From positions 10,232,001-10,296,000 of the forward strand of contig NC_086109.1 in NCBI RefSeq assembly GCF_963921235.1: a stretch of DNA of 64,000 nt, in the 5' to 3' direction. A program made the position numbers and the translations under genes. Positions 12,836 to 27,305 of this stretch are shown here, in pieces. How positions within the stretch are numbered: the stretch's first letter is position 1; every line of letters begins with the position of its first letter. A model generated the notes under the pieces. The model did not search any database. It was not told the DNA's origin and saw only the letters and a program-made list of their open reading frames with translations. Source of the DNA: Mobula hypostoma (taxonomy: Eukaryota).

Positions 12836-14371
12836 GAGGCAATAGTATTCACCCCTTCCCTTTTATACAGAAACAGACACATTGGCCCACCATGTCCATG
12901 CCATCAAGTGCCCGTCCACTTCCATCCCTTTTACTAACCAGTGGTGTAACATTATGATTGTTTGCAGAGTGGATGCACCACCGGTGGGGGGTCCTTGATA
13001 GATGCCCATCCTCTTTCACCCCCTTCTCTTCACTTTTTTTATACAGAAACAAGCACATTAGCCCACCACTTCCTTGTCAAGAAGCACCCGTCTACCCTCG
13101 TCCTTTTACAAGCCAGTGACATCGTATGCCCTGGAAATTTCAATGTTCCTTAGATGTTGTGAGTCTCAGTTTCCTATGCCCACTGAAGAAGCGCATTCCA
13201 TATTCTCTGCTGGAAAAACATTCCTGAGTAATTGGCAGTTGGTTTATTATTGTCACATCTACCGAGACAGAGTGAAACGACTTTGTTTTGCATGCCATTC
13301 AGACAGATCATGCCAAAACATAAGCAGATGAGGATAGTGCAAAGGGAAACACAATATCAGAGTGCAGAATAAAGTGACTGAAAAGTGCAGTGAGGTGGAC
13401 AGGAAGGAGCAAGGCTGCTGAGAGGTCGATGGTGATGTAAAGAATTCAACTTTATTGTACAATATGTCCATTCAAGTAGTTTATAGTTGTAGGATAGAGT
13501 TAGCCTTGAGCCTGGTGTTACAGGTTTTTAAGCTTTTGTATCTTGTGCCATAAGACACAGGAGAAGAATTTGTCCACTTGATGCATCAAGTCTGCTCCAT
13601 GATTCAGTCATGGCTATTTTCCCTCAACTCCACTCCCCTGCCTTCTCCCCGTAACCCTTGACACTCCACGATCTTTTGCCTGAGTGGAAAGGTGGGGAGG
13701 GAATGGGGAGGATGAAGAAGCCTGGGATGTGAAGGATATGGGATTATGGTGGTCGGCAGCAGCAAGTGTAGCCAGAGAGTATGAAGAGGAGGTTTCATGT
13801 TAGACTGGGCTGTGTCCAGAAATCTCTGCATTTTCTTGGCTCTTGGGCTGAAAAGTTGTCATACCAAGACATTACAACTCTTGGATAGGATGCTCCCTAT
13901 GGTGCCTCTGTAAGCATTGAGAGTACTTGGTAACATGCGAAATTTCCCAAGACTTCTGAGAGCATAAAGGCACTGGTGAACTTTGCTGTGGCATCTACGA
14001 CTGGACCACCACAAGCGATTGACGTTATTGTTTACTGATGCTTACTGATTCCCAAGAGAGTGCGCACCTTTAAAGATGGAATGCAGAACCTAGGAATCTG
14101 TTCCATCTCAGATTCATTCTTTCCCAGAGATCAAGATGAACCCTTCATCTTTCAGTCTGTCTCCTTACGGCCCTTGCACGCTACTGCTACCGGCACTGCA
14201 CTTCTGTAACTCAACATCTAATGTTGTTTCATGTCATTTCCAGGACACAGGTGTAAAGGAGAACAAAACAGTTGTTACTCCGGATCTGATGCAGCACAAA
14301 CAAACACACAGTAAGATAAAGAACTCAATAATTAAAACAAAAAAAAATAAATATGAATACAGAAGATAGCT

Positions 14372-14757
14372 TATAGAAACCATAGAAAAGCTACAGCACA
14401 GAAACAGGCCCTTTGGCCCTTCTTGGCCGTGCCGAACCATTTTCTGCCTAGTCCCACTGACCTGCACACGGACCATATCCCTCCATACACCTCCCATCCA
14501 TGTATCTGTCCAATTTATTCTTAAATGTTACAAAAGAACCTGCATTTACCACCTCATCTGGCAGCTCATTCCATACTCCCACCACTCTCTGTGTGAAGAA
14601 GCCCCCACTAATGTTCCCTTTAAACTTTTCCCCCCTCACCCTTAACCCATGTCCTCTGGTTTTTTTCTCCCCTTGCCTCAGTGGAAAAAGCCTGCTTGCA
14701 TTCACTCTATCTATACCCATCATAATTTTATATACCTCTATCAAATCTCCCCTCATT
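14372..14757 (-). mobile_element. CR1 LINE 3' fragment
   Basis: ORF 14448..14801 (MRGDLIEVYKIMMG...FFTQRVVGVWNELP) and an atagaaac tail. Confidence 0.8.
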
Positions 14758-15350
14758 ATATACATAGATTGATTGTCTTCCCATAAAGTGATACTAGGCA
14801 CAGGAATGTCTATACGTAAGATGACACTGAAAGGAAATGATAACGCAGTGGGGAGTATGGAGGGGGTAGGTTAGTGGCTGGAGGTGTTGATCAGCCTTAC
14901 TGCTTGGGGAAAGTAACACAATATTCTGCATTCTGTTGCTCTTTGTCCTTTAGGACTACCTCGATGTGCTTTTGTAAGGCACGCTCCATCTGGATGACAA
15001 AGAATTTCACTTTATCTTGGTACTTGTGACAACAGTAAACAGACTGCATTCAAAAGTCCCTGAAGTGGTGTACCACACCATCTGTTCCTGGAACACCACC
15101 AGGACTATTTCCAGTTCGGATAACAGCTCTCCGAAAATTTGAGCTGACTCTTTTTTTTAAACAGTTTCTCCCCACTCCAGCCTACCCGGCTCCTCCTTTT
15201 TGAGTTCACCTCAGCGGGGTCCCAACCTTCAGCCTCTCCATCAACTAACCCAGCTTCACCACCTCACTGAACCCTAGAATGGGGAACTTGGAATAGTACA
15301 TCACAGAACAGCCCACAGTGTTGTGCCAACCCTTGACCCTACTCCAAGAT

Positions 15351-15667
15351 TGTCAGGAAATGGGAGGCTTGACCCCCCAAAAGCAGAGCAGCAGAGATGA
15401 TTTAGCAGTAACTGGTATTTTACTAATGAACTGCAAAATAACAAGCTGCAACGGGCCGCAGAACAAGAGAGTGTAGATACTTAACATAACAAGGTAACTG
15501 AAAGCTAGGAATAACTGATTGATCCTGGTTGGTTTGATGGGCTTCCAAAGAACTGTGGATTAAAGCTGGGTTTAAATCGCCTGCAGGTGATGAGTTGGAA
15601 GTGAGTGGCAATTGACTACTGTTGGCTGGGTGAAGACCGAGAGGTGCCTGCCTGTGCAGGCCTGACA
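15351..15667. mobile_element. Solo LTR (317 bp)
   Basis: TGTCAGG...CCTGACA termini; 5-bp TSD aagat (15346-15350 / 15668-15672). Confidence 0.78.
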
Positions 15668-16721
15668 AAGATCAACCTAACCCTTCCCTCCCACACAGCC
15701 CTCAATCTTTATTTCACCCATGCACTAATCTAAGAATCTCTTAAATGTCTCTGTTGTATCTGCCTTTACCACCACCATTGGCAATGCATTCCATGCACCC
15801 ACCATTCTCCGTGTAGAAAAACCTACCTCTGATATCCAATCACATTAAAGTTATGCCCCCTCAGATTAGCGATTTCTGCCCTGGGAAAAAGTCTCTGGCT
15901 GCACATTCTTATCTATCTACCCTCGCCTCTTCTTCTATTGCCCACTCTGGCCTCTTGTCTCTTCTCACTTGCCTATCGCCTCCCCCTGGATCCCCTCCTC
16001 CTTACCTTTCTCCCATGGTCCACTCCCCTTTCCAATCAGATTCCTTCCTCTCTGGTCCTGTACCTTTCCAACCTATCACCTTCACCTATCACCTTCTAGC
16101 TATCATCCTTCCCCTCCTCCCACCTTTTTATTCTGGTGTCTTCCCACTTCCTTTCCGGTCCTGAAAAGGGTCTCAGACCATAACTATTTATTCATTTCAA
16201 TAGATGCTGCCTGACCTTCTGTTTTCCTCCAGCATTTTGTGTGTGTTGCTTTGGATTTCCAGCGTCTGTGTGCCTCTTAACATCCTGTACACCTCTATCA
16301 AGCCACATCTCTCCATCCTTCACCCTAAAGAGAAAACCCCTAGCTTACTCATCCTTTCCACATAAGACATGTTGCATCTCTTAGCTGCAGCTTCTGTCCA
16401 GATGTTGCATTCTGATGCACACGCTCCACACTTCCAGCAAGTGGTTAGGATGAAAGTACTCTGATCCTATCAATCACAGTTGGAAGTGTAGTGGAAAGGT
16501 TTACAAAATTATTTTAATTGAACAAGATGCTTTCCGGAGGACAAATGACCAGGGTTTTCCAGTGCTTTGAAGAGTGCACTGTTTTCTGAACTCTAGCGTG
16601 ATTAATGCGAACTGAAAATCTGAAGTATGTAACTGGAAGACATTTGTTGCTTGAAATGATTAGAGCCACATTCCAGCACTTCATCCAGCAGAGGATCCGA
16701 GAAACTTACACTAAAGAATCT

Positions 16722-17255
16722 ACAATTCAAGCAACACACTCAAAATGCTGGTGAACGCAGCAGACCAGGCAGCATCTATAGGAAATACAGTCGACGTTTT
16801 GGGCTGAGACCCTTCGTCAGGGGTAACTGAAAGAAGAGATAGTAAGAGATTTGAGAGGGGGAGGGATGGAGCTAAGAGCTGGAAATTTGATTGGCAAAAG
16901 GGACACAGAGCTGTAGAAGGGAGAGGATCATGGGACATGAGGCCTAGGGGGGAAGAAAGGGGGAGGGGAGCACCAGAAGAAGATATAATGAGAGGGACAG
17001 AGGGAGAAAAAAGAGAGAGAAAGAAAGGGGAAAAAATAAAAAATAATACATAAATAAATAAGTGATGGGGTAAGAAGGGGAGGAGGGGCATTAACGGAAG
17101 CTAGAGAAGTCAATGTTCATGCCATCAGGTTGAAGGCTACCCAGACGGAATATAAGGTGTTGTTCCTCCAACCTGAGTGTGGCTTCATCTTGACAGCAGA
17201 GGAGGCTGTGGATAGACATATCAGAATGGGAATGGGACGTGGAATTAAAATGTAT
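16722..17255 (-). mobile_element. Penelope-like element 3' fragment
   Basis: ORF 17091..17276 (HFNSTSHSHSDMS...EEQHLIFRLGSLQPDGMNIDFS). The hammerhead GAAA box is mutated to AAAA. Confidence 0.8.
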
Positions 17256-18959
17256 GAAATGACAACTACAGGTCATGGGTTAAGGGTGAAAGGTGCTTAA
17301 GGGGCACCTGAGGGGTAACTTTTTCACTGAGGGTGGTGAGAGTGTGGAACGAGATGCCAGTGGAAGTGGTGGACGCAGGTGTGATTTCAACATTTAAGAG
17401 AAGTTTGCATAGGTACATGGATGGGAGGGGTGTGGTCCGGGCGCAAGTTGACGGGACCAGGCAGATGAATAGCTTGACACGGAGTAGATGAACTGAATGG
17501 CAATCCTATCGTATTCTATGGCTCTATGGCTCTCTGACTCTGAAAAGAGGCCAATCAGCCCAACAGATCTATGCTAGCTTTCCGAGGATTTCCGTGAGTC
17601 GCATAGAAACACTGATTTCCCTCTCACGTACACATCAACTCTGCCTGATTCTCCTTCCTCCCACCTACAAAAAGGGCTATTACAGCGGCCAGCTAACCAA
17701 GAAAATCTTTGGGATGTGGCAGGAAGCCAGAACATCTGGAGGAAACTCCAGATAGGCCACATCTGGAGTATTGCATTCAATTCCCTTTGCCCTGTTATAA
17801 AGTCAAAAGTCCATGTCAGTATATTGTCACATACCCAAATATGTATATGCATACATGCAATGAAAACTCTGCTTACAGCACATGCCCGCATTCACAAAAA
17901 GCATAAACTGGACATAAATGATGCATAAATTTATAAGAACATCATTAGAGCAAAAAAAGTCTGTTTTAGTGGAAAGCAATCAACATTGTGACAGTATTGA
18001 TAAACTGTAGTGATTAGAGTTGCGCAAGTTGGTTCAAGAGTCAAATGGTTGTAGGCAAGTAGCTATTCCTGAACCTGGTGGTGTGGGACTTCGGGCTTCT
18101 GTACCTCCTGTCTCATATAGTAACGTCGAGAAGATAGCATGGCCTAGGATGGTGTGGGGATCTTCAAAGTTCAAAGTGCAAAGTCAATTTTTATTATCAG
18201 AGTACATATACGTCACCACATATAACCCTGAGATTCATTTTCCTATGGGCATACTCAGCAAATCTGTAGAATAGTAACTATTACAGGATCAATGAAAGAT
18301 CAACCAGAGTGCAGAAGACAACAAACTGTGCAAATGCAAATAGAAATAAATAGCAATAAATAACGAGAACATGAAGGAACAAGATAAAGAGTACTTAAAA
18401 TGAGGTAATTAGTTGTGGGAACATCTCAATGGATGGGTAAGTGAGTACAGTTATCCCCTGTTGTTCAAGAGCCTGACGACTGAGGGGTAGTAACAGTTCT
18501 TGAACCTGGTGGTGCGAGTCCTGAGGCTCCTATATCTTCTACCTGATGGCAGCAGCAAGAAAAGAGACGGCCTGGGTGGTGAGGATCTTTGATGATGGGT
18601 GCTGCTTTCCTACGACAGTGTTTCTTATGAAGAGATGTTGCAACACTATTATCACTTTGATTACCTTGCACGACTTTTTTTATTATACGTACTGTCTGTT
18701 TCTTGTATAAATCTGTATACAGTATGTTCTCCTTGTGAGTCCTGTTTGCCTGACACTATGTGCCTGTGATGGTACTGCAAATAAGTTTTTCATTGGCTTG
18801 TGCATTTGACAATAAATTTAACTTTGATTTTCACTCTGAGTCATTTTGCCAGGCAGTATATAAATGGAAGTTTATTGGAGTTAGCAAGGGATATGAGTTT
18901 TGTTTAACACGGTGACAGTGAGTTGAAATCTAACTTTTAAAATGTTTGACCCTGTCCAG

Positions 18960-19079
18960 GATTGCCACGTCTGAGAAGAGCTCTGCAACTATTGGTCTGA
19001 GTGTGACCACAACTTCTGGCCACTCCTCGATGCCACCGAAGGAGACGAGCATTGGAATCTTGGCAGCAGCAGTGTCCAG
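18960..19079 (+). CDS. PM20D1: PM20D1 internal coding exon (120 nt; exon 6 equivalent)
   Basis: Acceptor ctgtccAG|G and donor TCC AG|GTGAGT. Encodes [39 protein letters not shown](R); [21 protein letters not shown] is diagnostic of PM20D1. Phase 2-2. Not in the ORF track. Confidence 0.96.
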
Positions 19080-21702
19080 GTGAGTGAGAGGCTGTGCGCG
19101 GCGATGAATCACCCTAGCACTTTCAAAACTTTCAGATGCCTTCTGTGCTGTGGCTTTGTGTGTGCGCACATGTGGGTGTGTGTTTGTGTGTTAAGTTTCA
19201 CCGGATTCTAATGTTGTTTATGAACCAGTTTCATAGCCTCTGACAACCAAACCCAACACCTGGCTTTCACATGTGGCTGAGGTAATAGGCCCAGCAAAGC
19301 TGACACCTTCAAACCAGTCACTCTGGGCAGATGGGGCTCATCGGCCGTAATTGGCAGCTCATCTAGGAGAAGGAAAACTCTCATCTCAAACCTCCACTGC
19401 CTTGCAGCGCTACCCACTCATGGGGAAAGCTTTGGGGGTAAACCCCGTGGAGAAATCCAGAGCTGGAGTCCCTAAGGCAGGACTATGTTGAGTTCAGCAC
19501 TGATTAGCAACTCCTGCAATTCCACTAGTGCCAACCTGTGTTGGTCTCTGCCATTCCTTTGGACTCACCATCTGCATGGGGAGAGGGAGCCTGTTACGTG
19601 GGCACCAGCTTGCTCTCTGTATCATACTGCCCAGGCTTGCATATCATATAGACAGCTGGGATGCAATATCCATCATTGACCCCGACCGTTGTGTACTGGG
19701 AGAGGGAATGTCCCATTGGTATCACCTTCATCTTTGATGCAGAAAGCTGTGCCAGCCATCTAGCGAGTCTCTGGGTAATCCTCAGCAAAGTCTCTCCTTC
19801 CCTCCCCAGAACTTTCCTGTCTCTGTTTCTTCCTTGCTCTTTCTTTTTTCTGTCTTTTTCTTTCTTTGTCTCATTCTCTGTCCCTATTTCTATTTTCTTC
19901 TCTGGTTTTCTCTCTCCATCTTTTTTTCAGCCCTCTCTTTCCATTGTTTTTCCCTTCTATCTTATCGGTTTCCGCTACAACCCAGAGCAGCCCATCCCAA
20001 GCACCCACCACACTTTGTGTTTTTTAAAAAAAACTTCCCCCATTAACTTAGCCCTCTCACCTTTGACGTACATCTTCTAGTACTTACCATTTCTAAGATA
20101 AGGTTAAGGTAAGACCTGAATGCATCAATGCATAAAGATTGAAGGTGAGCTTTATTTGCCATACGTATACAGTGAAATGTATCATTTGCATGAACGATCA
20201 ACACAGTCCCAGGAAGTGATGAGTGTTGCTTTGCTTCTGGTACCAACATAGCACGCCCACAACTCACTAGCCCGTACACCTTTGGAATGTGGGGGGAAAC
20301 CGGAGCATCCGGTTTGTTAATTTTTTTTTGTGTGAGAGAGGGGTTTGATGTCCTAGTTGCTGTTTTCCGTGTGGAGAAACCTGCTAGTTTCTTATGTGGG
20401 GGGGGCAGCTGGGGTCAGCGATTTGTTTTCTTTTTTGTGCAGGAGGGGTTGGTGTTTTTCTCTGAATGACTTCCACAGTGTTCTTTGTTTCGTGACTGTC
20501 TGAGAAGACAAATCTGAAAAATTGTATGCTGCATCTGTACTTTGACAATAAACGAACCTTTGAAACCCTTGCAGTCACAGGGAGAACTTTAAAAAAACTC
20601 CTTACGGACAGTGAAGGGAATTGAACCCTGATCACTGACACTGTGAAATAATGTGCTAGCCACTAAGCTAGCGTGCCATCCTCATTTCCACCCTGGTTAA
20701 AAAGATTCTCGCTTGTTTACCTTATGTGTGTCTCTGTTAATGTTATGAATTTCTATCATATCTCCTCCCTAGTTACATCGCACGGTTAGCACGTCTCCAC
20801 TCATGGCCTTGAGCGAGGTTCATGCTGAGTGCATTTGAGATGGATGATGTCCAAGGAAAGGGGAGGGAAGTAGGAACTGATATTAGAACGTTATCAAATG
20901 TCTGATCTGGCCGCCAAGTCAGATAGAAATAAACAATCGTCTGCATGGCACTGCCTCCCCCCAGCTAAGTACTTCCATCTTCCCCTTGGATACAGAACAA
21001 GTGCTTCCTTTCCACCAGCCAAATCTTTCCAGACAGGCAGCTGGGAATCCTTGTGATCTCAGCAATTTTATCAGGCATGTGATAGTGTACACAGAATGAT
21101 CGGGAATAAACAGGGGACTGTAACGGAAGAAGAAAATCTCTCAAGGATGGATCAAAGGATCCAAAGGAAATGGTAAATAAACTGTGATGATGCCTGGATG
21201 ATGATTGAGAGCTTTGCACTGGCAGATCATTAAAACAGTTCTGTTTTAAATTGTTATGTTTCTTTTTGATGCTGGCAGCTATCTTTTTGATGTTGAAGAG
21301 GCCTGATGTTAGAGAGGCGCTAAATTTGAAGGTCAGGCTGTGTAGGAGGCAGAGATGGCAGAGAAGTCAGAAATCCAGCCACCATGCTCCCTCGGGGAAA
21401 TCCCTCCTAACTCCAACATAATTGCAGTGTAATTTAGCATGGAACAGGCTCTTCAATCCAGAGTCGGAATCAGGTTTAATATCGCTGTCTTATATGGTGT
21501 GAAATTTCTTGTTTTGCACCACCAGAGATATAAAATTACTATAACTTTTAAAATAAACAGAGCAAAATAAAGGAATAACGAGGTAGTGTATGGGAGGTTT
21601 GTGGACTGTTCAGAAATTTGACGGAATAACTCAAATATGTCAACCAAGGTACTTATCTCAGCTGGTTCCATTTGCCTGTGTTGGTCCATATCCCTCTAAA
21701 CT

Positions 21703-22739
21703 TGATTACCTGACTGGCAGACCACAGTACGTGTGCTTGCAACACTGTGTGTCCGACAGAGTGATCAGCAGCACTGGGGCTCCACAGGGGACTGTCTTGT
21801 CTCCCTTTCTCTTCACCATTTACACCTCGGACTTCAACTACTGCACAGAGTCTTGTCACCTTCAGAAGTTTTCTGATGACTCTGCCATAGTTGGATGCAT
21901 CAGCAAGGGAGATGAGGCTGAGTACAGGGCTACGGTAGGAAACTTTGTCACATGCTGTGAGCAGAATTATCTGCAGCTTAGAGTGAAAAAGACTAAGGAG
22001 CTGGTGGTAGACCTGAGGAGAGCTAAGGTACCGGTGACCCCTGTTTCCATCCAGGGGGTCAGTGTGGACATGGTGGAGGATTACAAATACCTGGGGATAC
22101 GAATTGACAATAAACTGGACTGGTCAAAGAACACCGAGACTGTCTACAAGAAGGGTCAGAGCCGTCTCTATTTCCTGAGGAGACTGAGGTCCTTTAACAT
22201 CTGCCGGACGATGCTGAGGATGTTCTACGAGTCTGTGGTGGCCAGTGTGATCATGTTTGCTGTTGTGTGCTGGGGCAGCAGACTGAGGGTAGCAGACACC
22301 AACAGAATCAACAAACTTATTCGTAAGGCCAGTGATGTTGTGGGAATGGAACTGGACTCTCTGACTGTGGTGTCTGAAAAGAGGATGCTGTCTAAGTTGC
22401 ATGCCATCTTGGACAATGTCTCCCATCCACTACATAATGTACTGGGTGGGCACAGGAGTACATTCAGCCAGAGACTCATTCCACCGAGATGCCACACAGA
22501 GCGTCATAGGAAGTCATTCCTGCCTGTGGCCATCAAACTTTACAACTCCTCCCTTGGAGGGTCAGACACCCTGAGCCAATAGGCTGGTCCTGGACTTATT
22601 TCATAATTTACTGGCATAATTTACACATTACTATTTAACTATTTATAGTTCTATTACTATTTATTATCTATGGTGCAACTGTAACGAAAACCAATTTCCC
22701 CCGGGATCAATAACGTATGACTATACTATACTGACTATA
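21703..22739 (+). mobile_element. Rex1/Babar-clade LINE, 5'-truncated young copy
   Basis: Open RT C-terminal frame (GAPQGTVLSPFLF...QKFSDDSAIVG) running to the stop at 22582, (TGACTA/TACTA)n tail, TSD ctaaact (21696-21702 / 22740-22746). Confidence 0.85.
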
Positions 22740-23049
22740 CTAAACTCTCCAAAGAGGCAGGAAGTGTTGAGGAAGCAGGGAGTCTACAAAAGTTCTTAGA
22801 CATATTGTGAGAATGAACAAAGAGGTGCCAGATGGAATACAATGTACGGAAGTGTATATTCATGCACTTTGGTCGAAGGAATAAAGATGTGGACTACTTT
22901 CTAAATGGGGAGCAAATTCAGAAGACAGGGGTGCAAAGGGAACTGGGAATCCTCGTGTAGGTTTCCCTAAAAGTTAACTTGCAGGTTAAGTTGGTGGTGA
23001 GGAAGGCAAATGCAATGTTAGCATTCATTTCGAGGGGACTAAGATATAG

Positions 23050-23675
23050 ACAATAGAGAATAGGTGCAGGAGTGGGCCATTCGGCCCTTCGAGCCAGCAC
23101 CACCATTCACTGTGATCATGGCTGATCATCCACAATCAGTATCCAGTTCCTGCCTTATCCCCATAACCTTTGATTCCGCTATCTTTAAGAGCTCTATCTA
23201 TCTCTTTCTTGAAAGCATCCAGAGACTTGGCCTCCACAGCCTTCTGGGGCAGAGCATTCCATATATCCACCACTCTCTGGGTGAAAAACGTTTTCCTCAA
23301 CTCCGTTCTAAATGGCCTACCCCTTATTCTTAGACCGTGGCCTCTGGCTCTGGACTCACCCATCAGCGGGAACATGCTTCCTGCCTCCAGCGTGTCCAAT
23401 CCCTTAATGATCTTATATGTTTCAATAAGATCCCCTCTCAGCCTTCTAAATTCCAGAGTATACAAGCCCAGTCGCTCCAATCTTTCAACATATGACAGTC
23501 CCGCCATCCCGGGAATTAACCTTGTGAACCTACGCCGCACTCCCTCGATAGCAAGAATGTCCTTCCTCAAATTCAGAGACCAAAACTGCACACAGTATTC
23601 CAGGTGTGGTCTCACCAGGGTCCTGTACAGCTGCAGAAGGACCTCTTTGCTCTTATACTCAATTCCCCTTGTTAT
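23050..23675 (-). mobile_element. Young CR1 LINE 3' fragment nested in an older + strand CR1 (~22750-24015)
   Basis: Open ORF2 end: RPHLEYCVQFWS...RRLRGDLIETYKIIKG...FFTQRVV. Confidence 0.85.
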
Positions 23676-24455
23676 ATAGTAGCAAGTATGCAATGCTGGG
23701 GCTTTATAAGGCATTGGTCAGACTATACTTGGGAGTAGTGTGAGCAGATTTGGGTCCCTTATCTGGGAAAGGATGTGCTGGCATTGGAGAGGGTCCAGAG
23801 GAGGTTTACAAGAATGATCCCAGGAGTGAAAGGGTTAACACATGAGCGTATGACGGCTCTGGGCCTGTACTCAGTGAGTTTAGAAAAATGAGGAGGAACC
23901 TCACTGATACCTACTGAATATTGACAGGCCTACACAGAGCAGACATGGAGGTGTCTTTCCTATAGAAGATGAGTCCAGGACCAAAGGGCACAGGCACAGA
24001 GTAGAACAGCATCCGCTTAGAAGTACCGTGCTGCACCCCCTATATGCCACAAGTGAATTCCCTTGATCCCAGCTGCCTGTACCTGACTCATCCTTTCCCT
24101 GGTCATCCAGAGTTCCCTACTCCTGCCAAACTTGCCCATCACCTTAACGGGTACATGTAGACATTGATCCCATCACTATCTCACCTTTAAAAGTCTCCCA
24201 CTTGCCTGTGGTCCCTTTCCCCGCAAACAACCTACACCAATTGACTTTTACAAGCTCCTGTCGCATACGCTCAAAACTTACCTTGCCCCAGATTAGAACT
24301 TGATCCAGTGAACTAGTCCCATCCCTTTCTGTCTTGAGATAAAATCAGGCCCTCTTGCTGCTCCAAATAAGGAGCCTAAATTTGGTTGGGTTCTGGTCAG
24401 AATAGGAGGACATCCCTTTAGAACAGAGATGAGGAGGAATTTCTGTAGCCAGAGA

Positions 24456-24802
24456 CAATGTTCCCTCTAAAATGTGCACGTGTGTGTGCACACACATCTT
24501 TTGCTACTCGCACACAGAGGAATTTAAACTGCGCACAAAAGGTTGTCACCCTCTTCCTCGTTGGCATGTTAAGTATATTTCAGGATTGTACACAATCGCA
24601 TTTCCTTTTCCAATTTCTGATGCAGATGGTGTTGACAACGTGGAGTTTACGATGATTTGTCTGCAGATTTTGGAACTGGCTTACTTATACTGATTTTATT
24701 GAAAAAACTATTCAGTGAGCACATGTAGTTGTCACAGGGCAAAAAATTGCACAGCACAAGATTTTTGCGCACACTGGTCATTAGAAATTCGAGGGAACAT
24801 TG
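24456..24802. mobile_element. hAT-type MITE (347 bp) in a CR1 remnant
   Basis: TIR CAATGTTCCCTCTAA / TTCGAGGGAACATTG; 8-bp TSD gccagaga / gccagagg. Confidence 0.82.
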
Positions 24803-26822
24803 GCCAGAGGGTGTTGAATCAGTGGAATTCATTGCCATAGACAGTCATGCAGGCCAAGTTATTGGGTATATTTAACGTAGAAGCTGAGCATTTCTTGATT
24901 TGTAAAAGGACATCAAAGGTTACTGAATCAGTGTAATTCATTGCCACAGAACCCTATGGAGGCCAAGTTATTCAGTATATTTAAAACAGGGGTTGATAGA
25001 TTCTTGATTAGTGAGGGAGTCAATAGTTACTGGGTGGAGGAAGAAGAATGGAGTTGAGAGCGAAATTAAATCAGCCATGATCATATTGCAGAGTAGACTC
25101 GGTGGGCTGAATGGCTTCCTACGTTTTAAGGGAGGCAGTCACGTGTTTCTGGCCTGAAATACCAGAAGTTCTTCCCACACCCTCTTGATTTAGCTACATG
25201 TAATTTCCATTGATTTGCATCCATTGGTTAGTGCTTCCCTTTTTCTCTTTGTCCATTCCCCATCCTAGTTCCCCTCTCACCAATTTTCTTCTCTTCACCT
25301 GTCCATCACTGTCCTCTGGTGGTCCCTCCCTTTCTCCTTTCTCCCATGATCCACTGACCTCTCCAGTCAGGTTCCTCCTTCAGCCCCTTACCTCTTCCAC
25401 CTCTCAACTCCACACCCCCCTCACCTATCACCTTCCAGCTTGTACTCTTCCCCCCCGCCCCATCTTCTTATCCTGGCTTCTTCCCACTTCCTTTCCGGTC
25501 CGGATGAAGACTCTTTGTATTGCTTCAGTATATTTACTTGCCCAATAATAAATTATTCTCCTGCTGTGGCCGGTGAAAAGAAGTGATGATAAAACACCTT
25601 TTTGATAATCTGACTTACTTACAAAAGAAATCCAAACAGTCAGAAATTGATGTTGCAAACCACCCACCTACCATTTGAAAAGAAATTCTGGGAGGTTCAA
25701 ACAGTGGGTATGGTTGTAAATCTGCATTAATCTGCACCTCAAAAGACCATGGGCTAGACTAAACAAGACCAAGAAAGTTTTGGATATCACAAAGAAATCC
25801 ACAAATGCTGGTAACCAGAAATAAAAATAGACAATGCAGGAATAGTGCAACAGCTCAGGGAACATTATGGTGCTGTGTGTTTCCAGCATTTGCTGCACTT
25901 ATTTTATCAAGAATACATTTAGGTAAATAGAACGATAGTATTGACAGCAGGTAACACTGTGGTTAGTAGAACACTATTACAGCACCAACGACTCGGCTTC
26001 AGTTCCACTGCTGTCTGACTAACAAGGATTTTCTCCTAGTACTTGCTTACTGCCCATTATGCCACTGGCGTTTAGGGCAGCAATGAAGGTCCTGCGTCTG
26101 TCCTTGGCCATGAAACCAATTTTGGCCTTGGTCTTGGCGACATTCAGGTCTTCCTTCCTCAGGCCAGTAGCTTCCCCTTGCTTTTCATTATCATCAGCCT
26201 TGCATGTTCTGGGGGGAGTCTTAAAAATACCATCGCACTCAGATGCAGAAGGATTCTTCATTGCTGTTTCCGTAACAGCTTTGTTTTACCATTCAGGGTT
26301 GTTAGCCCCGAACTCAGCCCTCCCCCGCCAGCCTGGAGGACCAGTGGACCACTCTTAGCCTGGCCTCTATGTTATTCATCTGACCCTATCAAGAGCCAAA
26401 GCATAAAGCCTTGACTCCAGCCAGCATAACTCTCCGAGTCATTGAGGCATGCAAACCTCCAAACCCAATGGCAAGGTTATGGTCCTCTTGGAGGTTGCTC
26501 TTCCAAGTGGACTGCCCCCGGGTGTTCCAGATCTCTCCCACGTTTCATAAGACCATAAGATATAGGAGAAGAATTGGGCCATTTGGCCCATCGAGTCTGC
26601 TTCGATCACATTTATTATCCTCTCAGCCCCATTCCAAAGATGTAGAGATTGGTACGCTAATTGGTCACATGGGTTTGTTGGGCTGGAGGGGCCTGTCAGT
26701 CTAAGTACAGAACAGAAATGGGCCCATTTGGCCCATCTTATCTATACTGATCAGGATGCCTTTCTATTTTAATACCATTCACCCACATTATCCCCATACC
26801 TCTCAATTCCCTCCCAATCCCT

Positions 26823-27305
26823 ATTCACCAGATTGATTCCTGGGAAGGCAGGACTTTCATATGATGAAAGACTGGATCGGCTAGGCTTATACTCTCTGGA
26901 ATTTAGAAGATTGAGGGGGGATCTTATTGAAACGTATAAAATTCTAAAGGGGTTGGACAGGCTAGATGTAGGAAGATTGTTCCCGATGTTGGGAAAGTCC
27001 AGAACGAGGGGTCACAGTTTGAGGATAAAGGGGAAGCCTTTTAGAACCGAGATGAGGAAAAACTTCTTCACACAGAGAGTGGTGAATCTGTGGAATTCTC
27101 TGCCACAGGAAACAGTTGAGGCCAGTTCATTGGCTATATTTAAGAGGGAGTTAGATATGGCCCTTGTGGCTAAAGGGATCGGGGGTATGGAGATAAGGCA
27201 GGTACAGGGTTCTGAGTTGGATGATCAGCCATGATCGTACTGAATGGCAGTGCAGGCTCAAAGGGCCGAATGGCCTACTCCTGTACCTATTTTCTATGTT
27301 TCTAT
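26823..27305 (+). mobile_element. CR1 LINE 3' fragment
   Basis: ORF 26833..27234 (RRLRGDLIETYKILKG...FFTQRVVNLWNSLP) followed by a (ctatgttt) tail. Many more CR1 remnants lie near 1600-2100, 6525-7360, 9440-9810, 27465-27990, 28985-29555, 30020-30855, 33895-34260, 44350-45150, 49760-51630 and 61660-61832. Confidence 0.85.

Noticed and set aside
20965..21219. Minus-strand 84-aa ORF (and the similar 59121-59339 ORF) as a nested antisense gene
   Set aside because: No recognisable domain, and no chain of compatible exons could be built.
21590..22582. 330-aa ORF as a host gene or retron-like RT system
   Set aside because: It is a 5'-truncated Rex1 LINE with a tail, a TSD and three other copies in the window; its first ~38 codons come from flanking repeats.
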